This document shows, piece after piece, positions 16,873-25,276 of a stretch of 64,000 bases of DNA. Positions within the stretch are counted from its first letter, which is position 1. Each line of letters starts with the position of its first letter. The translations under genes and the position numbers were made by a program. Below the pieces are notes generated by a model, which was not told where the DNA came from, made no database searches, and saw only the letters and a list, made by a program, of their open reading frames with translations. Source of the DNA: Candidatus Micrarchaeota archaeon (lineage in GTDB: Archaea > Micrarchaeota > Micrarchaeia > Anstonellales > Bilamarchaeaceae); contig JBFLVW010000059.1 in assembly GCA_040758235.1 (NCBI GenBank), positions 81-64,080 of the forward strand, read 5' to 3'.

Positions 16873-17970
16873 CTATACGCTGGCTATCGTCTTGAGCCCT
16901 ATCTCGCTTCCCAGGATGTTCGCAAGCTCCCTGACGAAAACTATGGTTATCACGAGCGAGAATATCGGGGCGATGACGGAATAAAGCAGGGACTTCGAGA
17001 GGGTGTTGCTGTTGCTCTGGGTGATGAGGGTAAGCTCGCCCGTGAAGTCGAACGTCCTGTTCGCGAGGGTGTAGTTATAGATGGTGACGTTCGAGATGTT
17101 GGAGACGTTCTCGAGGTAGTTGTCCGCGAGGAAGTCGTCGCACAGCGTCGTCGTGTTGCTGGCGTTGGTCAGGTTCGTTATGCTGTAGCCCGTCGGGTCG
17201 CACCTGCCGCTCATCAGGTCCAGCTTCGCCGCTATCGCGTTGTTGCTGTTCAGGTCGAGGACCGGGACGCTCGCGTAGAAGCTGTTGTTGGTGAAATTCC
17301 CCATCAGCTCAGTAGATGTGTTTATGTCGTTCTGGGGGTTGGGGAACACGAGTATGAAAGTCGGGTAGAAGATGAACAGGCCGACAGCGAGGGCTATCAG
17401 GAAGCCCCCGACGCGCCGCGTAGCGAAAAAGGTGCGCAGGACGAGGCCGACCGGGAACAGCAGGCCGAGCGCGTTCTGCCCGATGAAGGAGGCAATCTGG
17501 CGGTTGAGCTCCATCAGTATTATTATGGCGTCGAGGCTGAGGAGCTGGAGCGAGAGGAGGGAGGACACCGCGCTGAGGTTGGAGAAAGGCGAGATGCCGA
17601 AGGCGCCGAAATCGAGGGAAAGCGTCTGGTAGTACCCGATGAGGTTGAGCGTCTCGGCGAGGTTCTGGAACATCGAGAAAAGCATCGCGTTCAGGGTGCC
17701 GAGGGTGCATGAGAGCTGGGTTACGACGTTCCCGTCCTTGCAGGACTCGCCGACGACCGTCGAGCTTACCGCTCCGACGAGCTCGATGACCGCGGCGAAA
17801 GAGCCGATTATGGCCGAGTTTATCATGGACTGGATGAGCTCTTCAATTCCGAAGAGCTCGATGCGCTTCCAGCCGAAGGCCCTGCCCACGCCCCAAAGGA
17901 TGCCGGCAAAGAGCACGGAGGCCGTGACCACTATCACGGCTATCTCGATTCCGACGAAGGATTCAGCCAT
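16873..17970 (-). CDS. Polytopic membrane protein (about 7 TM) with a large sequon-rich extracytoplasmic loop, 365 aa
   Basis: Six predicted N-terminal TM helices. A roughly 120-aa loop carries at least 11 NxS/T sequons (NTS, NFT, NNS, NLT, NAS, NTT, NVS, NIS, NVT, NYT, NRT). A seventh TM follows. ATG start confirmed. Confidence 0.65.
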   Translation of the reverse strand: MAESFVGIEIAVIVVTASVLFAGILWGVGRAFGWKRIELFGIEELIQSMINSAIIGSFAAVIELVGAVSSTVVGESCKDGNVVTQLSCTLGTLNAMLFSMFQNLAETLNLIGYYQTLSLDFGAFGISPFSNLSAVSSLLSLQLLSLDAIIILMELNRQIASFIGQNALGLLFPVGLVLRTFFATRRVGGFLIALAVGLFIFYPTFILVFPNPQNDINTSTELMGNFTNNSFYASVPVLDLNSNNAIAAKLDLMSGRCDPTGYSITNLTNASNTTTLCDDFLADNYLENVSNISNVTIYNYTLANRTFDFTGELTLITQSNSNTLSKSLLYSVIAPIFSLVITIVFVRELANILGSEIGLKTIASV

Positions 17971-18032
17971 CGGGGGAAAGTTCTTGTCCTAAGATTAAAT
18001 AGGTTTCGTGTTTTTGTCCGCCGGACAATGCT

Positions 18033-19136
18033 TCAGCCGAACGTGAAGGTATAGAGCCTGAAGCCTTTCCCCGAAACGTCCATCTCGAGCGTCTTCTCGG
18101 AATAGCCTTCGTCCTCCACGATGCTGTAGAGCCGCTCTTCCGAAACCCCGGCTGTCGCTTTCCCACCCGCGATTTTCACATCGCCTCCCAGCGCGCCTTC
18201 CGGAACCGAGCCATCGAGCGTGATTGAGAGCGTGGAGTCCCCCTCCGCTACGATGTTGACGTTCCTGGCCCTGTATTTGAGGACTACCTTGCCCGTTTCG
18301 GAAGCAAGCTCAACGTATTCCGGCTCGCTCTTCCATGAGCCATCAAGGTAGACGACGTGGGGCTGGTAGGAGGCGGGGAGCGAGTAGTCCGCCGTTTCCC
18401 CGGGCTTCAGGCCCCCGGCGTTACCGATGTTCTGCCCCCGTGGCAGGGCGAATGAGTAGCCGAGGTATTTTTCCGGGGTGGTGGCCTGGGTGGGCGTTTC
18501 CTCGGTTATGTTTTCCGAGACAAGGCCGCCCATTTCGACCTTGGCGTCCCTCTCGGCGAGGAGCTTCTGTATCATCTCCTCGGTTTCCCCGTAAGCGCCT
18601 TCCCCGATGTGGTCGTAGCGTATGAAGCCGTCCGCGTCAATCAAATATTTGTGGGGCCAGAAGCGGTTGTTGTAGGCCCGCCAGGTCGAGAAGCCGTTGT
18701 CGAGCACCACCGGGTATTTTATCCCGTGCTTCTCAACGGCCGCCAACACGTTCGCGTATTCCTTCTCGAACTCGAACTCGGGGGTATGGACTCCGACGAT
18801 TACGAGGCCGTCGTCCCGGTATTTCTCGTCCCATGCGGTGAGATAGGGAAGCGTGCGGATGCAGTTGATGCACGAATAGGTCCAGAAGTCAACCAGCACT
18901 ACCTTGCCCCTAATGTCAGACAGCCTGAAGCCTTCCGGCGCGTTGATGTAGCCTTCTATCCCGGAGAGCTCGGGGGCCTTGGGGAACAGCCCCTGCTTGG
19001 TGGCGTTGTCCCCGTCGAGCTGTCCCACGAATTCGTTCTTCATCTGCGCTTTTGTGGATTCGACATAGGCTATCGCCAAAAAAATGATGAGAACTGCGGC
19101 TCCGAGCAGCAGGGGATTGTTCGGCTTAAGTTCCAT
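18033..19136 (-). CDS. Membrane-anchored TlpA/ResA-like thioredoxin with a C-terminal beta-sandwich-like domain (DipZ C-terminal-like)
   Basis: N-terminal TM anchor. Thioredoxin CxxC motif WTYSCINCIRT. AhpC/TSA-like fold signature, plus an extra C-terminal domain of about 180 aa. Confidence 0.8.
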   Translation of the reverse strand: MELKPNNPLLLGAAVLIIFLAIAYVESTKAQMKNEFVGQLDGDNATKQGLFPKAPELSGIEGYINAPEGFRLSDIRGKVVLVDFWTYSCINCIRTLPYLTAWDEKYRDDGLVIVGVHTPEFEFEKEYANVLAAVEKHGIKYPVVLDNGFSTWRAYNNRFWPHKYLIDADGFIRYDHIGEGAYGETEEMIQKLLAERDAKVEMGGLVSENITEETPTQATTPEKYLGYSFALPRGQNIGNAGGLKPGETADYSLPASYQPHVVYLDGSWKSEPEYVELASETGKVVLKYRARNVNIVAEGDSTLSITLDGSVPEGALGGDVKIAGGKATAGVSEERLYSIVEDEGYSEKTLEMDVSGKGFRLYTFTFG

Positions 19137-19140
19137 AGCA

Positions 19141-19854
19141 TCACTTCGACAGCAGGAAATCGTTCAGGAATCCCAGGTTCGCAATCAGCGGAAGGGTCCC
19201 GGTGAATACCAGGATGCCGAGGATTACCAGTATTATGCCGAAAATGACGTTCAGCCATTTCAGGAGCGGGCCCATGCTTTTGATGAATTTCGAGGCGTTC
19301 GACACGAAGAGCCCAACCATCAGGAAAGGGATGCCCAGGCCGAGCGAGTAGGTGAGCATGAGCGGGAACGCGCTCCCGGGGTCGGTCACAGCGAGCGTGA
19401 GGATGCCGCCCAGGACCGCGCCCACGCATGGCGTCCAGCCGACCGCGAAGGCGGCCCCGAAGACGAACGATGCAAGGTATGACGTGCTGAGGCCCTTCAG
19501 CTGTATTTTGCGCTCGGCTTCGAGGGCGGGGATGCGTACGAGGCCGATGAGCATCAGCCCGAAGAATATGATTATTATGCCGCCTATGTACCCCAAAAAG
19601 GCCTGCAGGTCGTAGGCTATCCCGGAAAGCACGCTCTGGAGAAGGACTCCAAGAACGGAGAACACCACCGAGAATCCTAAAACGAAAAAGACGCTGCTCA
19701 GGAATATCCTCGCCCGCGTTCCGGCGTCGTATTTCTCCTTGAGGGTGGTGCCGGCGAGGAAAGTTAGGTATGCCGGGATGAGGGGCAGGACGCACGGGCT
19801 GAGGAACGACACGACGCCCGCGACGAATGCCAGGATAAGCGTTATTTCTGCCAT
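19141..19854 (-). CDS. ccdA: Cytochrome c-type biogenesis / thiol-disulfide transporter CcdA (DsbD transmembrane-domain family)
   Basis: Conserved Cys-containing TM helices: VSFLSPCVLPLIPAYL and AVGWTPCVGAVLGGIL. About 6 TM. Size 237 aa. Confidence 0.85.
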   Translation of the reverse strand: MAEITLILAFVAGVVSFLSPCVLPLIPAYLTFLAGTTLKEKYDAGTRARIFLSSVFFVLGFSVVFSVLGVLLQSVLSGIAYDLQAFLGYIGGIIIIFFGLMLIGLVRIPALEAERKIQLKGLSTSYLASFVFGAAFAVGWTPCVGAVLGGILTLAVTDPGSAFPLMLTYSLGLGIPFLMVGLFVSNASKFIKSMGPLLKWLNVIFGIILVILGILVFTGTLPLIANLGFLNDFLLSK

Positions 19855-20493
19855 TCAGCCGGCCACCTTTTCGACTTCGCTGAGTATGTCCTCCTTGCTC
19901 CATTCTTCCTGCGACCGCTTCGCGACGTTTCCGTTTTCGTCGAGAATTATGTGGGTGTGCTGGTAGGTTATCCCGAACTGCCTGGCGAGCTCCACTTCGT
20001 CCGCGTCGGTGTCGGAATCCTTGTAGTTCACCCGGAATGCGGCGACATCAGGATTTTTCAGTTCTGAGAATGCCGCCTCGAGCGCAGGCGCCTGGGCCGC
20101 GCAGATGGGGCACCAGTTCGCATAGAATTCAAGGAAGACGACCTTGCCCTCGGAGCGGGCCTTGTCGTATGCGGCCTTGGTGAAGGAGACGTAGCCGGAC
20201 GGGGATTCCATCATCCCCCCGTCCATCGCGTCATCGGGCTTCGCCATTGAATCATCCTCCATGGCATCTCCGGGCTTTTCCATCGAATCGTTACTCATCG
20301 CGTCACCGGGCTTCTCCATCGAATCGGGCTTTTCCATTGAGTTCCCGCCAGCCATCGAGTCGTTCTTCTCCCCGGCCATGGAATCGTTTTTCACCATCGC
20401 GGAGTCATTCTTTTCCATCATCGCGTCCCCGGTCTGAGCTGCGCATCCGAAAAGCAGGATGGATGCCGCAAGCAAAAATGCAAGGTATTTCAT
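19855..20493 (-). CDS. Thioredoxin-fold lipoprotein with an N-terminal Met/Asp/Ser-rich repeat region
   Basis: Lipobox signal peptide MKYLAFLLAASILLFGCAAQ, with ATG at 20491-20493. The track start 20523 is a GTG. Repeats (DSMAGEKNDSMAGGNSMEKPDSMEKPGDAMSNDSMEKPGDAMEDDSMAKPDDAM). Thioredoxin CxxC motif NWCPIC. Confidence 0.75.
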   Translation of the reverse strand: MKYLAFLLAASILLFGCAAQTGDAMMEKNDSAMVKNDSMAGEKNDSMAGGNSMEKPDSMEKPGDAMSNDSMEKPGDAMEDDSMAKPDDAMDGGMMESPSGYVSFTKAAYDKARSEGKVVFLEFYANWCPICAAQAPALEAAFSELKNPDVAAFRVNYKDSDTDADEVELARQFGITYQHTHIILDENGNVAKRSQEEWSKEDILSEVEKVAG

Positions 20494-20576
20494 GTTCGCA
20501 CCGGAGAAGGCGGGTTTTCTCACCTATAAAAACCTATTCCCAATTTCTTCCCATATCTTTTCCCCAGCCCACCGCT

Positions 20577-20876
20577 TCATCCCCCCGGCTTCCATGTAAT
20601 ATATGCGAGGCAGGCTAGGCCGAGCGTCTCGAGGAGGGTCAGTATGAGCGCGAAGCTCGCGACCTCGTCCGTGTAATACATAATCATCATGAACTGGAAG
20701 TAGATTGCCGCTAGGTTCTGGAGGAGCATGAGGCCGGCGAAGAAAATCAGCCCGAGGCCGATCTTCGAGCGCACCTTCATGTAGTTGGAAACGTAGACGT
20801 ACGCGAGCGAGAGCAGCAGGAGCACGTTGACGAAGCTCAGTATGGTGGCAAAATCAAGCATCGCCATGTATATCAA
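20577..20876 (-). CDS. Small membrane protein (3 TM, 99 aa)
   Basis: Three hydrophobic helices. No family assignment. Confidence 0.4.
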   Translation of the reverse strand: MIYMAMLDFATILSFVNVLLLLSLAYVYVSNYMKVRSKIGLGLIFFAGLMLLQNLAAIYFQFMMIMYYTDEVASFALILTLLETLGLACLAYITWKPGG

Positions 20877-20962
20877 CCCCGCAAATCCTCTTTATTAGCA
20901 TTTTCCCAAATTGCCGGATAGCCTCGCCTTGCCCATGATGGGGGCCCGGGTCCGCTTCGACC

Positions 20963-21250
20963 TCATTTCAGCCCCTCCAATACCTTCCCGAAAGCCTTCA
21001 GGCTTTCCCGGGCGTAATCGGTGATGTGGTAGAGCTCCCCGTACCGCTTCTCGGATGATACCCTCACGAGTCCGTTTTCCAGCAGAACCCCCAGGTGGTG
21101 CCGGACGGTCTTGTAGTCGAGCTTCATGAGCGAGGCGAGCTGGTTCGCGTTGTAGGGGCGCGAATCTAGGAGGGCGAGCATCTGCAGGCGCACCGGCCCG
21201 CCGCGCGTGCCCATGACGAGATACCACAGAATATTGTCCGGCTCGCGCAT
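20963..21250 (-). CDS. Winged-helix transcriptional regulator (ArsR/PadR-like, 95 aa)
   Basis: HTH-containing small protein: ANQLASLMKLDYKTVRHHLGVLLENGLVRV. ATG confirmed. It is the last gene of the K+ channel / E1-like operon. Confidence 0.7.
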   Translation of the reverse strand: MREPDNILWYLVMGTRGGPVRLQMLALLDSRPYNANQLASLMKLDYKTVRHHLGVLLENGLVRVSSEKRYGELYHITDYARESLKAFGKVLEGLK

Positions 21251-21262
21251 CGGAAGCTTCTT

Positions 21263-21928
21263 TCAGAAAAACTTATTAAGAACAGGGCCGCGCAGGAGCT
21301 TTTTGCCGATGGCGACGAATGTCGTGGTGCCCCGCACGAGCAGCGTGGCTTTTTTGGTTTTGTGTCTTGGGTTTGCTTTGAGCGCCTTCATCAGTTTTCT
21401 GGGGTTGTCCAGGTCGAAATCAGGGACTTCTACGTAATTGTGCCCGAACTCCATCAGGAAGTGCGAGTCGCTCCCCACCGCTTCCGCGAGTGAGTGCTTT
21501 TTCGCGAATTCCCCGGCTTTTTTGTTGAAGGAGTCGAGGGGGCATCGGGCATTGAAGACTTCGACTATGTCCAGTTTTTGGGCCTCGGCTTCGGTCGGAA
21601 CCACTCCCTTGCGGGATTTGTCATACATGTGCGGCAGGTATGCGAGGCCGCCCTGCTCATGGATCCTGTCGATGGCTTCCGCGAAGGGCGTCTTTCTGGG
21701 GATGTTTTCGGAGAGGAACAGGCCGATGAGGTCGCCCCGGTCGGTGCGGATTTCCTCCCCGGAAATGAAGTCCGCCTTCAGCGAGCGCATGGCTGCGTGC
21801 GAGTCGATGTTGTTGTGCTCTGTGATTGCGGGGATGATGCCGAGCGCAGCCGATTTTGCCGCAAGGGCCTTCGGCTCGATAATCGAGTCTATCGAGTATT
21901 TGGTGTGGACATGGAGGTCGATTTTCAT
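21263..21928 (-). CDS. PHP-domain metal-dependent phosphoesterase
   Basis: N-terminal MKIDLHVHTKYSIDS and ITEHNN motifs typical of the PHP (polymerase and histidinol phosphatase) family. Start overlaps the upstream stop (ATGA). Confidence 0.8.
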   Translation of the reverse strand: MKIDLHVHTKYSIDSIIEPKALAAKSAALGIIPAITEHNNIDSHAAMRSLKADFISGEEIRTDRGDLIGLFLSENIPRKTPFAEAIDRIHEQGGLAYLPHMYDKSRKGVVPTEAEAQKLDIVEVFNARCPLDSFNKKAGEFAKKHSLAEAVGSDSHFLMEFGHNYVEVPDFDLDNPRKLMKALKANPRHKTKKATLLVRGTTTFVAIGKKLLRGPVLNKFF

Positions 21929-22212
21929 ACGAGCGCACCGCCCTTCTCGAGCGCGGTAACGAGCTTTTCCGCAAGCCCGCCCACTTTCTTCGTTTCGGAC
22001 TTCCTCGCTCCCTTCACCATCATCCTGCCGCTTCCGTAAACGCTGATGCTGTATTTTCCCACCTTTACCAGCAGGACGACTGGGCTGCTGCCCATGATTT
22101 CGCCGATGGCCGAAAGCGCGCGCTCCGCCTTCGCGAGGTCGAGCTTCCTGTCCCTGAGCTTTATCTCGATTCCCCGCGCGGTCGCGCAGGGCTCGACCAC
22201 GTAGAAATTCAT
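21925..22212 (-). CDS. Small protein (95 aa) translationally coupled between the E1-like enzyme and the PHP phosphoesterase; C-terminus ...EKGGALV
   Basis: Its ATG (22210-22212) overlaps the E1-like stop (ATGA). Its stop overlaps the PHP ATG. There is a di-Gly three residues from the C-terminus. No family assignment possible by eye. Confidence 0.5.
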   Translation of the reverse strand: MNFYVVEPCATARGIEIKLRDRKLDLAKAERALSAIGEIMGSSPVVLLVKVGKYSISVYGSGRMMVKGARKSETKKVGGLAEKLVTALEKGGALV

Positions 22213-22886
22213 CCCAGCCTCGACCTCCAGAACGTTTCCTTCCGGAAAAGGTCGAAGAAGACGGCCTCCGGCGCTTTGGCGTAGGGCTTTTTTATCAGGT
22301 AATTCACGGCCTGCGATGCGGCGAGCGTCCCTGCGAGGGAGGCGGCCGGGCATATTATCGAAGAGCAGGCGCCATATCGCGCGAGCGCCTCAGGGTCCCG
22401 GGGGAGCTGGAAGGCCTTCTCGAACTTGTAGGTGGTGAATACCGTGACTATTCCGCGGGAGCCCTCGGCCGAGGAGAAGACGAACGGGATATTTTCGTTT
22501 CGTGCGGCCTTTGCTATCGCGAGCTTCGATTGTATGTTGTCCGTTCCGTCCAGCGCAAGCGAGACGCCCGCGAGCGGGGAGGTCTCTTCGAATCTATCGA
22601 ACGCGCTGATTTTGATGTTCTTGTTTATCGCCTTGGCCCGCGCCACGGCGGCATGGACCTTGGGCTGGTCCAAAAACTCGTCCGTCGCAAGGGCCTGCCG
22701 GTTGAAGTTGGACAGCTCGAACCGGTCGTGGTCGAAGACGATGAAGTTTTCCGCGCCCATCCTGAGGAGGTTCTCCAGTATGAAGCCGCCTGTGCCTCCG
22801 AGGCCGACTATGGCGAAGACCGCCTGCCGCACCTTGCGCTGCTGCGCCTCCGTAAGCGGGTTCCGGCCGAATTTCTCCCCGTACAC
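22209..22886 (-). CDS. ThiF/MoeB/HesA-family E1-like adenylyltransferase (minimal, 225 aa)
   Basis: Rossmann motif VGLGGTGG with downstream DHDRFELSNFNRQ, the E1 signature. Candidate catalytic Cys in ACSSIICPAASL. No CxxC zinc motifs. GTG start overlaps the TAG stop of the K+ channel. Confidence 0.8.
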   Translation of the reverse strand: MYGEKFGRNPLTEAQQRKVRQAVFAIVGLGGTGGFILENLLRMGAENFIVFDHDRFELSNFNRQALATDEFLDQPKVHAAVARAKAINKNIKISAFDRFEETSPLAGVSLALDGTDNIQSKLAIAKAARNENIPFVFSSAEGSRGIVTVFTTYKFEKAFQLPRDPEALARYGACSSIICPAASLAGTLAASQAVNYLIKKPYAKAPEAVFFDLFRKETFWRSRLG

Positions 22887-23314
22887 TATAATCTACCGAA
22901 CCCCTGGTTTTTGTCGGCGTCCGCCCTGCCGCGCATCTTCTCCTTTATCCTCTTCACCTCCTCGCTCTTCACGCTCCCGGTCTGGAGTGCGGTGAGGTTG
23001 CGGAGCACTTCCAGCCTGCGCTGGACGTGCGGGTCGATGGTCCTCTCCCGGAACAGGCCGAAATGGGTGACGTGATAGAAAAAGACGGAAACGCCTGAAA
23101 AGAGCACGAAAACCGTGAAAAGCTTCCCTTCATTGGTCTTCGGCGCAATATCCCCGTAGCCCACGGTCGTTATCGTTGTCGATGTGAAGTAGATCGCATC
23201 GATGATGCCCAGCCCCTCGAAATGCATGTAGAAAGGCACGGCAATCAGATAGATGACTGCGATTAGGGCAATTCCGATGCCAAGCCTTTTGGTGTTCGCA
23301 TCCTGTTCCGGCAT
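22886..23314 (-). CDS. Two-TM potassium channel (KcsA/Kir-like pore, 142 aa)
   Basis: Selectivity filter TTVGYGD flanked by two TM helices. Short cytoplasmic tail. ATG confirmed. Confidence 0.8.
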   Translation of the reverse strand: MPEQDANTKRLGIGIALIAVIYLIAVPFYMHFEGLGIIDAIYFTSTTITTVGYGDIAPKTNEGKLFTVFVLFSGVSVFFYHVTHFGLFRERTIDPHVQRRLEVLRNLTALQTGSVKSEEVKRIKEKMRGRADADKNQGFGRL

Positions 23315-23357
23315 ACAATAGCAAGATTCCCATCACCAAAATAAAAACATAGCGAAG

Positions 23358-25205
23358 TCAGCGGAGGAACACTACTTTCCTCTTCCCTCTGTTCTTTTCC
23401 TCCTTTTTCTTCTGCTCCGCCTTCTCCGGCTCCTCCTTTTTCGGCCCTTCCCCTACTATTATCAGGTCGTCCTCGGCCGCGACGATTTTCTGGCCCATGA
23501 TGCCGGCCGGGCGCTTCCCTGTAAGGATGAACCAGAGCGTAGATGCCCGGACCGCGCTCCAGAGGAAGAATACGCACATTATTCCGAAAAGAGGGGATAT
23601 CCAGTTGAAAATGCGGGGCAGCTCCAGGAGTTCCACGACGAGGTAGGTGTTCGCGAAGAGCAAGAAGAGGAGCGCCGCGATAGCGAGGTTCCGCGCTATC
23701 GCTCCTTTCGAGGCCTGGGGCGTCGTCCGCGAGAATATCGTCGAGAGCGCATCGAAGAGCTTTTTCAGGGACTCGAGGAGCTTCGCGAGCGGGACGAGTG
23801 AAATAAGGGCAAGCAGGACTAGAAGGCCCATATCCGCGCTGAAAGTGCTGCCCGAAAACTCGACATGGAAGCCCAGGAAGGGCCTCGCCGCGAGGTAGAA
23901 GATGGACGCCCCCAGGAGGTAGAGAATGTCAGCCGTGAGGCGCTTCAATTCCGACACGAAAAGGTTGTGGAAATAGCCGCCGGGCTCGAAAGTGCTGAGA
24001 ACGCTCATGAAGTATCCGGAGGCGTCCCTGAGGGTGTCGAGGAACTTGGGGGGCAGCGTCTTCTTGATGCGCAGATAGGCATGCTCGGTCCTCCCAAGCG
24101 CGATGGAGCCTGCGATTGACGTCACAAGGACGCCGGCCGAGGCTATTCCGACGATATCGGTCTGTATCACCCCTACTGATTCCTTGGCTATGAGCAGGGA
24201 GAACTCACCGAGAGGGAGCATCGCAATTCCCGCGAAGACGGAGGAGCGCCCGCTCGAGCTTATCAGGAAAAACGAGAAGGTCGTAGCGAGGAATACTATA
24301 ACCATGAACCCTCCTATGAGCACCGCGGCCAGCTCGGCGTGCGCGAGCAGGGCGACCGGATTTATCAGCATTCCAACAGAGAGGAAGAAAAATGATGAAA
24401 ACACGTGGCTGAAGGGACGTATCGCATGCTCGAAGTCGCGGCCGTTCGGGAGCCCGGCGATTATGCTCCCGGCCATGAACGCGCCGATTGCGGGCGTCAG
24501 GCCGAGCAGGGATGCGGCGATGCTCATTCCAATTCCCAAGGTGAACGAGAAAAGGATGAGGGTGTCCTCGGCCTGGTAGCGCAGGAATATGATTGCGAAC
24601 CTGTTCAGCAGCTTCTGGAGAATGATGTAGCCGAACGAGAGTATCGCGAGCGAGACGACGACCGCCCCGAACACGGATTCGGCGGTGTAGGCGCCGGTCT
24701 TGAGGCTGGAGAAGAATGTCAGCATGAAAACCGCGATGATGTCCTCAATGATGAGAATCGTTATGAGGATGGGGACCTCCTGCCGACCGACAAGGCCCTT
24801 CTGCTCGAGCAGCTTCATCATTATCGCGGTGCTGCTCATGGAGAACATCGCCCCGACGAAAAGGGAGGTGAGCGGGTCGAGGCCGAGCAGTATCGCCAGC
24901 TCGTGCATGAACGTGAACGTGGAGAGAATGAGGAGAAGACTGCTCATGACCGCCCTGAGCCCGGTAGAGAGCAGCTTCGCAACCGAAAATTCCACCCCTA
25001 TCATGAAAAGGAGGAGGACCGCGCCAATCTCCGCAAAAGTCTCTATCGTCGGAAGACTCACAAGATGAAGGACGTTCGGGCCCATAATCATGCCGGCAAT
25101 CAGCAGGCCGGCAACAGGCGGCAGCCTGAGCCGGACTGAAAGCATGCCAGCAATGGCCGCAAAAAGCAGAACCCATCCGAAATCCAGAATCGCCGAGCCT
25201 TCCAT
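23358..25205 (-). CDS. Monovalent cation:proton antiporter (CPA2/Kef-type) with a C-terminal extension
   Basis: N-terminus MEGSAILDFGWVLLFAAIAGMLSVRLRLPPVAGLLIAGMIMGP is typical of Kef/NapA-type antiporters. It has 12 or more TM segments and a C-terminal roughly 200-aa extra domain ending in a Lys/Glu-rich tail. Confidence 0.8.
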   Translation of the reverse strand: MEGSAILDFGWVLLFAAIAGMLSVRLRLPPVAGLLIAGMIMGPNVLHLVSLPTIETFAEIGAVLLLFMIGVEFSVAKLLSTGLRAVMSSLLLILSTFTFMHELAILLGLDPLTSLFVGAMFSMSSTAIMMKLLEQKGLVGRQEVPILITILIIEDIIAVFMLTFFSSLKTGAYTAESVFGAVVVSLAILSFGYIILQKLLNRFAIIFLRYQAEDTLILFSFTLGIGMSIAASLLGLTPAIGAFMAGSIIAGLPNGRDFEHAIRPFSHVFSSFFFLSVGMLINPVALLAHAELAAVLIGGFMVIVFLATTFSFFLISSSGRSSVFAGIAMLPLGEFSLLIAKESVGVIQTDIVGIASAGVLVTSIAGSIALGRTEHAYLRIKKTLPPKFLDTLRDASGYFMSVLSTFEPGGYFHNLFVSELKRLTADILYLLGASIFYLAARPFLGFHVEFSGSTFSADMGLLVLLALISLVPLAKLLESLKKLFDALSTIFSRTTPQASKGAIARNLAIAALLFLLFANTYLVVELLELPRIFNWISPLFGIMCVFFLWSAVRASTLWFILTGKRPAGIMGQKIVAAEDDLIIVGEGPKKEEPEKAEQKKKEEKNRGKRKVVFLR

Positions 25206-25276
25206 GGAGAGCCCTAGAAGTGTCTAAGGGAAAAACGACGGGGAAGCTATTAAAGATTTGTATAGAAAGCCTGTGC

